From IMG/VR virus record IMGVR_UViG_3300032770_000003, positions 32,001 to 96,000 of that record: DNA of 64,000 bases; one strand, written 5' to 3'. This stretch comes from a virus. Position 1 is the stretch's first letter; the number at the start of each line of letters is the position of its first letter. Positions 1 through 8,434 of the stretch are shown in pieces. The position numbers and the translations under genes are program-made. The notes under the pieces are model-generated. The model worked only from the letters and a program-made list of their open reading frames with translations, made no database searches and was not told the DNA's origin.

Positions 1-5
1 CGTCG

Positions 6-78
6 TGCCCTAGTCCTGAATCGAACAGGAATCTTTGCAGTTTCAGTGCAACGCCTTCACCAGATAGGCTTCCAGGGC
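6..78 (-). tRNA. tRNA-Phe(GAA)
   Basis: Minus-strand cloverleaf: acceptor GCCCTGG/CTAGGGC, D stem GCCT/AGGC, anticodon arm TTGCA-CTGAAAC-TGCAA, T arm TCCTG-TTCGATT-CAGGA; CCA not encoded. Confidence 0.92.
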
Positions 79-165
79 ATGATTGGCGGGCTTGGCAGGC
101 CCGCCGCAGTCGCAACTATGAAGTTGTCAGTGATCAGATTTCAGGGGGAGCTACCCCACTGTCTG

Positions 166-236
166 TTGGGGCGGAAGGAATTGCACCCTCATTCACGGAG
201 TCAGAGTCCGCTGTCCTCCTGTTGGACGACATCCCA
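166..236 (-). tRNA. tRNA-Gln(CTG)
   Basis: TGGGATG/CGCCCCA acceptor (one mismatch), D stem GTCC/GGAC, anticodon arm GCGGA-CTCTGAC-TCCGT, T arm GAGGG-TGCAATT-CCTTC. Confidence 0.85.
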
Positions 237-252
237 TCAATTTGTTCTGTCG

Positions 253-324
253 TGAGCTGCCGGCGACTTGCACGCCGCTAGTCGGTTTAAGAGACCGATC
301 CGTCGCTATCTACGGTTGCAGCCC
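253..324 (-). tRNA. tRNA-Lys(CTT)
   Basis: GGGCTGC/GCAGCTC acceptor, D stem CCGT/ACGG, anticodon arm TCGGT-CTCTTAA-ACCGA, T arm CGGCG-TGCAAGT-CGCCG. Confidence 0.85.
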
Positions 325-473
325 GTTTCTTGTAAGCCGGCTCGTGTTTCGTCCAGCGAGTATCCTTCAATCAACGCGAGGTAGATTCCCTGATCTCCCA
401 GTCCAGACAACTCCTTTGCTCGGGCAGTAGCCCATTCAACCTGTTCGTCCAGTGTAAGCAACCTTCTGCGCAT
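306..473 (-). CDS. small hypothetical protein (55 aa, MRRRLLTLDEQVEWATARAKELSG...) between the two tRNA-Lys genes
   Basis: ATG at 473 to TAG at 306, read by hand (below ORF-track cutoff); fills the inter-tRNA gap; last codons overlap tRNA-Lys(CTT). Confidence 0.4.
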   Translation of the reverse strand: MRRRLLTLDEQVEWATARAKELSGLGDQGIYLALIEGYSLDETRAGLQETGCNRR

Positions 474-476
474 CTG

Positions 477-550
477 TGCAGCCGACAGGACTTGAACCTG
501 CTCAGTCCGTCTTAAAAGGACGGTGCCCAGACCAGTCGGGCGCCAGCTGC
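477..550 (-). tRNA. tRNA-Lys(TTT)
   Basis: GCAGCTG/CGGCTGC acceptor, D stem GCCC/GGGC, anticodon arm CCGTC-CTTTTAA-GACGG, T arm GCAGG-TTCAAGT-CCTGT. Confidence 0.92.
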
Positions 551-555
551 ATCGG

Positions 556-642
556 TCGGCGGGGTGGGAATCGAACCCACCGGCGACCCGAAGGTCAACG
601 CGTTTACGGCGCGCCCGGACTCCATTGTCCTGTTTCCCGCCG
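556..642 (-). tRNA. tRNA-Tyr(GTA), long variable arm
   Basis: CGGCGGG/CCCGCCG acceptor, GGAC/GTCC D stem, anticodon arm GCGCG-CCGTAAA-CGCGT, variable arm GACC-TTCG-GGTC, T arm GTGGG-TTCGATT-CCCAC. Confidence 0.85.
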
Positions 643-678
643 AAAAGGTCAGCGGGCGTTTATACGCAGGATCGGCCA

Positions 679-936
679 TCAGTTCTCCCCTCCTCTCCGG
701 ATGCGAGTCTTGCGCACCAGATCTTGCCAGCGATGCAAGCCGGGCTTCAGCTTGCCGTTTTTGTCACGAAGTTCCAATTCACCTTTTTCGTTGATGTACC
801 GAGCTATGACTTGCTCGGCAGCTCGAACCAGCTTGGGCTTCCTCAAGGCTGCCTCCAAAACGAAAAAAGCCGCCTCGAAGAAGTTCTCCGGGCGGCTGAT
901 GCAGGGGTCAATGACTTGACTCGTTACATCAGCCAC
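679..936 (-). CDS. hypothetical protein
   Basis: 85-aa ORF with phage-like codon usage, co-oriented with the tRNA cluster. Confidence 0.55.
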   Translation of the reverse strand: MADVTSQVIDPCISRPENFFEAAFFVLEAALRKPKLVRAAEQVIARYINEKGELELRDKNGKLKPGLHRWQDLVRKTRIRRGGEN

Positions 937-1088
937 CCTTTATCTTCGGTCGTCCCAAACTCCGGATGGCAGACTGTTGAGCTTGGGACACTCGGATTCG
1001 CGGCAGCGTACACCCAACCGCGTCGGGGCTTGAGGCCCTCGCGGAGAATCTGGGTGGACAGCTGCTGCGACAACATGATGACCAATTC

Positions 1089-1117
1089 ACGGTAGGCACA
1101 GGGCGATCGAGATGCAA
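1089..1117 (-). promoter_or_regulatory. sigma70-type promoter upstream of small ORFs and tRNA cluster
   Basis: TTGCAT-N17-TACCGT preceded by an A-tract (AAAAAA), in an intergenic gap. Confidence 0.55.
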
Positions 1118-1174
1118 GGACTTTTTTCTGGGTTCCTCCTTGACTCGCGATTTCCCTACGCTTTACCTGTCTAG

Positions 1175-1930
1175 TCAGACACTGATCGGGCCGCCGTAGT
1201 CAATGAATCCTACGTTGATCTCGCTGATCAAGCGGACACGCTCGTAGACCCCGTCTCCGTCACGGGAGCCCGCCACGTTGGTATTCCCCTCCACGGTCAG
1301 GATCTCGCCCGCGCGGACTCCGGTCACGAGACCGGTATGACCGTGGTCGTTCCCGTGATCGATGATGAAAACCGACCCCACCGCGATCTTGGTCGGATCG
1401 TCGAACGCCATCCCGGCCAGGAGCTTCGTCGCCGGAGGCGACGCCGCCCACAGCTCAGCCACTGAGCCCGTCTTCACGCAAGGATTGGGAACGTTCAATT
1501 TAAGCGCCGCGTTATCGAAGCACCAGTAGACAAAACACGCACACCAGGCGTAGCCCTTGGTCGGATCGAGCCCGACTGACTGGACGTAGAGATCAACCAT
1601 GGGGCCCCGGTTCGGAACCCCCTTGGTCTCGCGCACCCCGACCTGGGATGTGGCCTGTTCGAGCAACGCCCGCAGCAGCTTCGACTTGGGCGTGATCTGG
1701 ATCGGATTCGGTTGATAGAAGAGCGCTGTCCACGTGCGCGGACCGACGACTCCATCAGCCGGCAGACCACGCCGAGTCTGGAAGAGCTTGACGGCACTCT
1801 CCGTCGCGGGACCATAGTAGCCATCGATCGCGGAAGGATCGCAGCCCACCAGCGCCAGCTGGCGCTGAACCTCCAGCACAGACGACGCCGGGCCACTGTT
1901 GAGGCGAAGGGCTCGACCAGGATAAGTCAT
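1175..1930 (-). CDS. modular endolysin: N-terminal peptidoglycan-binding domain + CHAP amidase
   Basis: PG_binding_1 motif DGYYGPATESAVKLFQ..GL.ADGVVGP.TW; CHAP motifs WCACFV, HGHTGLV, EGNT; ATG at 1930 with GAGGA RBS. Confidence 0.9.
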   Translation of the reverse strand: MTYPGRALRLNSGPASSVLEVQRQLALVGCDPSAIDGYYGPATESAVKLFQTRRGLPADGVVGPRTWTALFYQPNPIQITPKSKLLRALLEQATSQVGVRETKGVPNRGPMVDLYVQSVGLDPTKGYAWCACFVYWCFDNAALKLNVPNPCVKTGSVAELWAASPPATKLLAGMAFDDPTKIAVGSVFIIDHGNDHGHTGLVTGVRAGEILTVEGNTNVAGSRDGDGVYERVRLISEINVGFIDYGGPISV

Positions 1931-1941
1931 CGTCGCAATCC

Positions 1942-2172
1942 TCAGAAGCAAAGCAGGCAGAGATACTTCGAACCTGGTGGGCGAGGATCGAGCTGGACAA
2001 CGAAGGCGCGATGACCACAGCTCAGATGAATCACAGTGACGCCGTTAGGATTCCTGTGCTGACCGATGATCGTTCGCGTGACGCCTATTTTCGGCGGCTG
2101 CGAGGTGGCGGCGGTGCCGTTGGAACTCTCGTCTTCGTTTCCTCGGTGGGCGGAGTCCATGCCTTCTCCCAC
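1942..2172 (-). CDS. small Zn-binding hypothetical protein
   Basis: HLSCGH...CLLC motif; start uncertain (overlaps upstream gene). Confidence 0.35.
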   Translation of the reverse strand: MGEGMDSAHRGNEDESSNGTAATSQPPKIGVTRTIIGQHRNPNGVTVIHLSCGHRAFVVQLDPRPPGSKYLCLLCF

Positions 2173-2450
2173 TGCTTGCGCTCACTCGGTGGCTGATTGA
2201 GAACTTTCTCGTTCCACTGTCGATCGATCTCTGCTTCGTTGTGTTCGGCGACAGCTGCTTCGCGCTCGCGGCGCGCCGCCTGGCGACAGCGCCAGCACTT
2301 CTTCGGTAGCGGGAATCCCTCCCGCGCCAGGAAAGCCTGATCCTTCTCGGAGACGTAGAACTCCGATTGGCAATCAGGATTGGCACACCTACGGTAGATG
2401 CGTTCAAACTTCGGCATAGAATTTTGCGCCTGGCTCATCACAAAGCCCAT
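2085..2450 (-). CDS. zinc-ribbon protein (zf-trcl-like CxxxxC...CxxC)
   Basis: CANPDCQSEFYVSEKDQAFLAREGFPLPKKCWRCR pattern. Confidence 0.7.
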   Translation of the reverse strand: MGFVMSQAQNSMPKFERIYRRCANPDCQSEFYVSEKDQAFLAREGFPLPKKCWRCRQAARREREAAVAEHNEAEIDRQWNEKVLNQPPSERKQWEKAWTPPTEETKTRVPTAPPPPRSRRK

Positions 2451-2779
2451 GGAGCGTCAGGGTTGAGCATGTTGACTGATACGTTATCCTCGCTCTGGGG
2501 TGCCTCGTCTTCTGTGGCATGTTCGACCAAAGCACGCTGGTCACCAGACAGTTCCTTCAAGACGACCTGTAGTCGATGAATGGGAAGGTGTTGAAGCTGA
2601 GAAACACCGTCGTCGAACTCCACCAAAGCCCACGTCAGACCTGCCTCCTTGACGGTGCCATGAGCACCGGCGAAGCGTGCGTTCGATGTGGTCAGCCGGA
2701 CGCGCATCCCTGGCACGGCGGTGACATGCGTTAACGTGGGCCCGACGTCTGAGCCACGTGGGTGGCGGCGTGCGATCAT
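2438..2779 (-). CDS. hypothetical protein, SH3/KOW-like
   Basis: PGMRVRL...GAHGTVKE...ALVEFDDG beta-barrel pattern; overlaps neighbours at start and stop. Confidence 0.55.
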   Translation of the reverse strand: MIARRHPRGSDVGPTLTHVTAVPGMRVRLTTSNARFAGAHGTVKEAGLTWALVEFDDGVSQLQHLPIHRLQVVLKELSGDQRALVEHATEDEAPQSEDNVSVNMLNPDAPWAL

Positions 2780-3552
2780 TCCTTCGTCTCGCTTTCAGGG
2801 CCATTCTCAGTCTTAGTGTCAGTACCAGCGTCCGCGTCTACTGTCTCGACAACGACAGCATCCACCACGCCCGCCTCCAGGGTCGGTTCAGCTAGCGTAG
2901 TCCGAAGCGACTCCTGAAGCAAAGCTTGCGCAACGCGTTCACGCATCTCAGGGGACCAGTCAAGATGCAGCGTGTGCTTGTGCTCATGTTCGACTTGCTG
3001 CGGCTTTTCGGGGTCCTTGACTATGACCCCGGTATCGATCAGAGCGCTGAACTCGTCGCGTTGCACAGCCCGAAGGACGTCAAGTGCCTTCAACTTGTAG
3101 CGCACCTCATCCGTCGAATAGTACTCAGACCAGGTCCGTTGACGGATCTCTTCGAAGCGCGCGAGCCCCTCACCAAGATACTTCTGCTTGTCGAAGTCGG
3201 TGATGACTTTTTTGTTCTCAGACTGCACAGCATCCAGATCTCTGCTTACGGTATGAATGTTGAGGTTCATTACCTTGGCAATCTGTGCCATCTGCAGCCC
3301 CTGCATGCGCAGCTTGGCCACCTGTTGCCGGCGCTCGAACTGCTCCCACTTCGAGAGCCGCGCCATGGCTCCATCTGAGCGTCTCGGTAGCTTGGGCTTC
3401 TCCGGTACCTTGCGCGGTCGTCCCGGTCGCCGCTTGACTTGCTCTTCGACGCTGGGTAGCGGGTAGCGCTCCTTCGGCGGATCCTGCGCAGCGACGGGAC
3501 GTCGCCGCAGACGTGGTACAGAAGGGGGCTTAGGTGCTTCGTCGTCGGGCAT
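2776..3552 (-). CDS. HTH protein, candidate terminase small subunit
   Basis: HTH (RRQQVAKLRMQGLQMAQIAKVMNLNIHTVSRDL), helical middle, VEHEHKHT tail, adjacent to TerL; AT-hook-like RRPGRPRK. Confidence 0.6.
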   Translation of the reverse strand: MPDDEAPKPPSVPRLRRRPVAAQDPPKERYPLPSVEEQVKRRPGRPRKVPEKPKLPRRSDGAMARLSKWEQFERRQQVAKLRMQGLQMAQIAKVMNLNIHTVSRDLDAVQSENKKVITDFDKQKYLGEGLARFEEIRQRTWSEYYSTDEVRYKLKALDVLRAVQRDEFSALIDTGVIVKDPEKPQQVEHEHKHTLHLDWSPEMRERVAQALLQESLRTTLAEPTLEAGVVDAVVVETVDADAGTDTKTENGPESETKE

Positions 3553-3581
3553 ACTATACCAGCATGAAATGAGGATGACAG
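3553..3581 (-). promoter_or_regulatory. possible extended -10 promoter
   Basis: CTGTCA-N17-TATAGT with TG at the extended -10 position, between terL and the HTH gene; the -10 abuts the ATG, so it would serve downstream starts. Confidence 0.35.
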
Positions 3582-3583
3582 AG

Positions 3584-5407
3584 CTACATCACGATAATGC
3601 TTTGTCTTTTCATCCGTTCGAAGGCAATGGTCGCGTAGTTAGTTGCGTGGGTGAAATGCGGGTCTTGCCCCAGGTACACCCAAACCATCTTGAACTTCCC
3701 GGTCTCCTCATCGAGGATCTCTTTCTGACGGACGATGCCCTTGAGGTGGGTCCAGTAGACTTGGCGACAGATCGCTTCAGCAGCGAAGCGACCATCCTTG
3801 TTCCGCATCACCTGCACCAGCCCATCCGGGTGGGGCATCTCGATCTCGCGCTTCACGAACTGAGACAGCGTGAAGTCGATGGACGAGTAGCGGTTGAGCA
3901 CGACTTGCCACTTCATCTTGATCTGGCGGGAGCCACGCTTGATCGTCTCCTTGTACTTGAGACGGTCCGCCCACATCGCCATGTCCTTCTGGATCTCGGT
4001 GCCATACCAGGCGACGAAGACGCGACCAGGGAAGGTGCGCGCCAGCTCTGTCGCCTCGTTGTAGTTGGGCATGGCATCGACCACTGTCATGCTGATGTTG
4101 TACTCGCGGATCAGCTGATAGACCCGCTTGAAGGGAGTGACAGGATTGCCGGCTTCCCAGTAGCCAGGGTTGTCTCGATCCACGATCTCCAGGTGGACAA
4201 CCTGTTTTTTGCCGTCCGGCGCTCGCCGCAGAATCACGACGTAGACGTTGCCGCCGTGCTGATCGACGCCCATCGCAAACGAGCCCTTGTGGCGGCCCTC
4301 ATCCTTCGTCCACCGCAGCTCGGGATTCACGCAGTTCTGTAGCACCGCATCCGTGACCGGAACGTTCTCCTCATCAACGAATGGCTTACCCAGCTTGGCG
4401 TTGAAAAACTCTTTCTTGTGCGTGGTGCGGTTGTAGAAGTCCCAGATCTCCTTGGGCGTGATGAACTTCGAGATGAACTGGCTGATGTGATAACTCGGAT
4501 ACGCACCCCCAGGGTTGTGGGCAATGTATCGACCATTCTGCGCATCATGAATCCGAACCTTGCATCGCGGGCAACGAAGGTAGACCTCCTTACCGGTGTC
4601 CACAATACACTCCGGGAACACCTCGGATGGAATCAGCCCGTCAGGACAAGCACACTTGATGTGCCAGTACATCTGCGTCCCATAGAGGAACCGGCGATGG
4701 ATGTCCAAGTACGGATAGCCAGCCGTCGAGACGTACATCTTGTACTTGAAGGTGGAGTGAGACACGCGCTCGATCGCCTGATCGATGTCCTGTTGATTGC
4801 AGAGTCGGACCTCATCGAAGGCGAGGATATCTAGAGGAACGGAGTCCTTCGACGCCTTCCCCCCCAGGTAGAGCATGTAGAGCGACGACAGCTTGCCGTT
4901 GGTGTTGGTGATGTGCTTGAGCTGGAGAGCGTCCTTGGTCTCAGCTTCCTCGACAGCTCCCCGCAGCTCGGGAATCGAAGTGATCAGCGGACCGATGCGG
5001 TCCTTGGACAGGTTCATCACCCCTTCCTGGGTGGGGAAGTACAGACCTGCCTTGATCGTGTTGTAGCGGCAGAACCACAGAAGGCGCAAGACCTCATAGA
5101 TGGTCGCGCCCATCTGGGCCGACTTCATCCACACGATCTCTTTCTCCTGCTCCATGTAGAGCGGCAGGAGGTAGCGGTGGTTGTCGAAGTCGAACGGACG
5201 ACCATCGACCTCGACACCGCTGTACTGTGCCCAGAGGGGAAAGTTGCTGAAGGTCAGCATGCGAAGCTGCTCAGGAGTCGCGTTCCGGAGCATCTCATGC
5301 GTATCCAGCGGCTTGATGCCCTGGTGAAAGGCAGGGGCCTGCCCGTTCGCGGGTGGCACCACAGCGGCCTTGCGCGGGGGGTGCTTCTTGACCTCGGTGT
5401 CAGGCAT
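3584..5407 (-). CDS. terL: terminase large subunit (GpA-like)
   Basis: Walker A-like KSAQMGAT, Walker B AFDEV, VSTAG motif, Zn-binding CxC/CxxC insert, nuclease GVDQ and DPHFTHA. Confidence 0.92.
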   Translation of the reverse strand: MPDTEVKKHPPRKAAVVPPANGQAPAFHQGIKPLDTHEMLRNATPEQLRMLTFSNFPLWAQYSGVEVDGRPFDFDNHRYLLPLYMEQEKEIVWMKSAQMGATIYEVLRLLWFCRYNTIKAGLYFPTQEGVMNLSKDRIGPLITSIPELRGAVEEAETKDALQLKHITNTNGKLSSLYMLYLGGKASKDSVPLDILAFDEVRLCNQQDIDQAIERVSHSTFKYKMYVSTAGYPYLDIHRRFLYGTQMYWHIKCACPDGLIPSEVFPECIVDTGKEVYLRCPRCKVRIHDAQNGRYIAHNPGGAYPSYHISQFISKFITPKEIWDFYNRTTHKKEFFNAKLGKPFVDEENVPVTDAVLQNCVNPELRWTKDEGRHKGSFAMGVDQHGGNVYVVILRRAPDGKKQVVHLEIVDRDNPGYWEAGNPVTPFKRVYQLIREYNISMTVVDAMPNYNEATELARTFPGRVFVAWYGTEIQKDMAMWADRLKYKETIKRGSRQIKMKWQVVLNRYSSIDFTLSQFVKREIEMPHPDGLVQVMRNKDGRFAAEAICRQVYWTHLKGIVRQKEILDEETGKFKMVWVYLGQDPHFTHATNYATIAFERMKRQSIIVM

Positions 5408-6257
5408 CGTCCTCAGCCTCAGAAGCCGATCGACCAACCACCGGCTTCATCTCCTCTTCCAGCTCAGCGTCTTGCGCACCAGCGAGGACCACGTCCTTGA
5501 CACTCGTGTCGAGCGCAGCCAGCCCCAAGACGAGCGCGCCCGTGAGCACCACATTCATGTCCAGGTGCTCGGCAAGACACTTCTTGGCGATCCGCCCGAT
5601 CACCCGGCGTAGCTGGGTATTGGTCTGGACCGTGAGGTGGATCTTCCCTCCGTTGAGGAAGTACATGAACGAGTGCGGAACCGTGTCGCCGTACTCGGCA
5701 AAGAGCTTGTTGAGGATGACGGTCATCCCCTCGACCAACCTCGTCGGATCGCCCTGAGTCACCTCTCGGATTCCGCGTTGCTCCTTCTCGTGCTGCTTCT
5801 TGTAGTTCTTGGCGAACGACTCGACGCTGGTGAAGCCCAGCACGTCAGCGATCTGATCAGGAGTGTACGGAGTGCGAATGCTGTCCACCAACCGCGTGAA
5901 CCGCTCAGTGTTGATCTGGCCAGCGATCAGGTTGCGACGGACCACCTTGATCTTGGCCTTCTCAGCATTCCAGTCCTTGACCACGCAATCAGCGTGCGTG
6001 TAGCCGTGCAGCTTGAGCGCGCGAAAGCGGTGGTTACCAGAGACCACCGTCCAGCCCGGCTTGTTCTCGATCTGCATCCGGTCTACTACGATGAGAGGCT
6101 GATCGAATCCATCCTCCTGAATCTCCATCAGGAGGTTGTTGAAGACGAGTGACGCCTCCTCATTGGGATTGTCAACGAACTCGTAGAGGTCTGCCAAAGG
6201 TAAGAGAACAGTCGCTACCTTGGCGTCTTTCCGTCGCTGCCCTACGGCCTTTGCCAT
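5400..6257 (-). CDS. ParB/Srx N-terminal domain protein
   Basis: NPNE...I.EDGF.QPLIV...VVSGNHRFRAL ParB-like motif. Confidence 0.85.
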   Translation of the reverse strand: MAKAVGQRRKDAKVATVLLPLADLYEFVDNPNEEASLVFNNLLMEIQEDGFDQPLIVVDRMQIENKPGWTVVSGNHRFRALKLHGYTHADCVVKDWNAEKAKIKVVRRNLIAGQINTERFTRLVDSIRTPYTPDQIADVLGFTSVESFAKNYKKQHEKEQRGIREVTQGDPTRLVEGMTVILNKLFAEYGDTVPHSFMYFLNGGKIHLTVQTNTQLRRVIGRIAKKCLAEHLDMNVVLTGALVLGLAALDTSVKDVVLAGAQDAELEEEMKPVVGRSASEAEDDA

Positions 6258-6817
6258 GTCAATCCTATATCGACAATTCGCGTTATGAACCGGTGCTCCG
6301 GCACGAACCTCAGATCGGGGGGTACCGTTGACTTTCGGACATCAGAGGCAAACTCGCGAAACCGCATGGCGTCATTAGATCCAGTGGGCGCAAAAGTAAC
6401 TACAGATGTCAAGAATACACCAGCCTGAGGTTGCAACCCGACGATTTCTCGATTTGAGAGGTTCGATAGACCCAGTGCAGCAGGTGGAACCCCGCTCGCC
6501 ACCATGCGCATCGCCAGCTCTTGACCGCAGTCACAAGCGCGTGACACTGCCGCGACGACGCCTCCCGGTCGCACCAACTTGAGTGCTCGGTCTCGCAGTT
6601 TTCGCCGCGCCTCCAGGTCAGGCAAAAAGTTAAAGCAGTACATGAGCCCCACAGCATCCCAAGCGGAACCTCCGTCGGAGACCAAGAGGTGCTCGTGAGG
6701 CTCATCGACGATGATGACACCTTCGCGCCCGGCGAAGACCCGTGACATCCACCCGGTGCCTGACGTGGCCTGCTTAGCCAACCTCAGTGCCGGTCCTTCG
6801 ATACCAAGGATTCTCAT
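6242..6817 (-). CDS. class I SAM-methyltransferase-like protein (degenerate motif I)
   Basis: WDAVGLMYCFNFLPD...R...ALKLVRPGGVV matches the methyltransferase C-terminal core; glycine-rich motif I reads ILGIEGP. Confidence 0.55.
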   Translation of the reverse strand: MRILGIEGPALRLAKQATSGTGWMSRVFAGREGVIIVDEPHEHLLVSDGGSAWDAVGLMYCFNFLPDLEARRKLRDRALKLVRPGGVVAAVSRACDCGQELAMRMVASGVPPAALGLSNLSNREIVGLQPQAGVFLTSVVTFAPTGSNDAMRFREFASDVRKSTVPPDLRFVPEHRFITRIVDIGLTWQRP

Positions 6818-7221
6818 CGCTGAAGGCTCTTGGACATCTCATCCGCTTCCGTGTTCTGTTCGCGCGGAATCCAGATGTAGCCCACGCGTGGAAACACTGT
6901 CGCCACCTCCCAAACCATGTCGCGAAGGCGGACCAGGTGTTGGGTGTAGCAGCCATACACCGCCAGAAGCTGGCGGACGATCAACTGACTATCGGTGTAG
7001 ATCTGAACCTGCTCTCCAACATAGCCGTTTGCTGACAGCCAGAGCAGAGCTGAGAGAACCGCTCCGTACTCAGCCACGTTGTTGGTCATCTTGGGATGCA
7101 CACCCAGATCGTCTGAGTGCTTGGCTACCAGCTGGCCTTCGTCATTCCGGATCACCCAACCTGTGTAGCCACGTCCCCCGGGGTTGGGCCCGGTGATCGA
7201 GCCGTCACAGAAGACGATCAC
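6814..7221 (-). CDS. rnhA: ribonuclease HI family protein
   Basis: FCDGS, NPG, TNNVAEY, YTDSQL, WIPREQN.EAD..SK. Confidence 0.93.
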   Translation of the reverse strand: MIVFCDGSITGPNPGGRGYTGWVIRNDEGQLVAKHSDDLGVHPKMTNNVAEYGAVLSALLWLSANGYVGEQVQIYTDSQLIVRQLLAVYGCYTQHLVRLRDMVWEVATVFPRVGYIWIPREQNTEADEMSKSLQR

Positions 7222-7754
7222 ACACGCTCCTTGTACGTCACCACGGCTTGCGTGAGCTGAACCACCTTGTCAGCAGCGCGATGGAGCGTTCGCGACAGTG
7301 AGTTGTCAAAGCTGAAAACCATGGTTTCCTTGCCGTACCGTCGCAGGTAGTCGAGCAGCATAGCGAAGTCACCGTCACCACTCATGAGCACGAACAGGTC
7401 GTACTCAGGCATGTGATGAATCGCATCGATCGTGATGCCCACGTCCCAATCGGTGTTCGTTGGCTGCTTGACCTCGGTCTTCAAGACCTTGGCATAGACC
7501 ATGTCGCGAGCGCGCACGCGAAACCCGTAGTGCCCGAGTGCCTTCCGAAAGACCTCGTTCGCCGGCTTCGTCCTCTCATGCATGACGACATACGCGATCA
7601 GCGTCTGCTGAACCAGACGCGGATGCATGAGCGCAGGCACTACCGTACTGAGAAGTCCAAAGTCGATACGAGCGTTGTCTCCGAACTGCCGGCGGCAGCT
7701 CCTCACCAGGTTAGCGACGTCGCACGCGACGAAGACGCGCGTGGGCGGCTCCAT
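7218..7754 (-). CDS. NYN domain (LabA/DUF88, PIN-like) protein
   Basis: CDVAN, DWDVGITIDA, MSGDGDF..L, S..L..AAD motifs. Confidence 0.88.
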   Translation of the reverse strand: MEPPTRVFVACDVANLVRSCRRQFGDNARIDFGLLSTVVPALMHPRLVQQTLIAYVVMHERTKPANEVFRKALGHYGFRVRARDMVYAKVLKTEVKQPTNTDWDVGITIDAIHHMPEYDLFVLMSGDGDFAMLLDYLRRYGKETMVFSFDNSLSRTLHRAADKVVQLTQAVVTYKERV

Positions 7755-7871
7755 TCATCGCTTGCCCTTCTCCAGCTTGTTATCCTTACACTTGCAGCGG
7801 GTCATAGGTTGACCACAAGCAGGACAAGTCGGAACAGTGACTGGTGGTCTTGTCTTCGGAGATCTCGACAT
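7755..7871 (-). CDS. tiny Zn-ribbon peptide (38 aa)
   Basis: MSRSPKTRPPVTVPTCPACGQPMTRCKC...; exactly fills the gap between ruvC and the NYN gene. Confidence 0.5.
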   Translation of the reverse strand: MSRSPKTRPPVTVPTCPACGQPMTRCKCKDNKLEKGKR

Positions 7872-7876
7872 GGGAA

Positions 7877-8434
7877 TCACCTCGCAGACATTTGACGGAT
7901 GGTCTGCACCTCAGTGCTGGTCAGGCAGGTGATCCCCACCGCAACCGAGTCATAGATGTGCTCATGCAAGGAGGGAGGGCGGGTGGTCGCAGCCAAGCCG
8001 AGCACGTCGGGGTAGCGTGCCAGCACTGCTGCCTGGATCGCCTCTTTCGAGGCGTCGAGGCGACCACACAGAGCCTTCTTCACCGACTGAGGTGTCGCTT
8101 GCAGCACCGGGATCTGCCTGAGCGCAGCCACCGCCGAGAGCACCCCCCACGCCATGCCCTGCAGCTGCATGGCGTGGGCGTTCTTTGAGCCCTGCTGAGA
8201 CTCTGCACAGATCAGCGTTGGCTCGAAGGTGTTGATCAAGGTCTCGATCCCCTTGGCCAGCTCCATAGCACAGCGATGATTGTCGTCGGACTGCAGAACC
8301 TTTCGCTTCTTGTCGATCTTGGTCGTGTTGAAGACCCCGCCGGCCACAATCTGCTCACCCTTCGGCTCGAACCGCAGCACCGCCCAGCCAAAGTGGCGAA
8401 AGGCAGGGTCCAAAAGCAGGAGTTGCGCCTTCAC
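7877..8434 (-). CDS. ruvC: RuvC-like Holliday junction resolvase
   Basis: LLDPA..HFGWA, ICAES, P.SVKK...G...ASK, HIYDSVAV acidic catalytic motifs. Confidence 0.88.
   Translation of the reverse strand: MKAQLLLLDPAFRHFGWAVLRFEPKGEQIVAGGVFNTTKIDKKRKVLQSDDNHRCAMELAKGIETLINTFEPTLICAESQQGSKNAHAMQLQGMAWGVLSAVAALRQIPVLQATPQSVKKALCGRLDASKEAIQAAVLARYPDVLGLAATTRPPSLHEHIYDSVAVGITCLTSTEVQTIRQMSAR

Noticed and set aside
105-135. Possible tRNA-Sec/suppressor (TCA) or Met (CAT) anticodon in CAACTTCATAGTTG
   Set aside because: Loop is 4-6 nt rather than 7; no T-arm or matching acceptor stem.
79-165. Theta/HDV-like ribozyme downstream of tRNA-Gln
   Set aside because: Could not build the nested double pseudoknot or place the catalytic C by eye; kept only as a structured spacer.
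1140-1170. Divergent plus-strand promoter TTGACT...
   Set aside because: No acceptable -10 at 16-18 nt and no plus-strand gene to drive.
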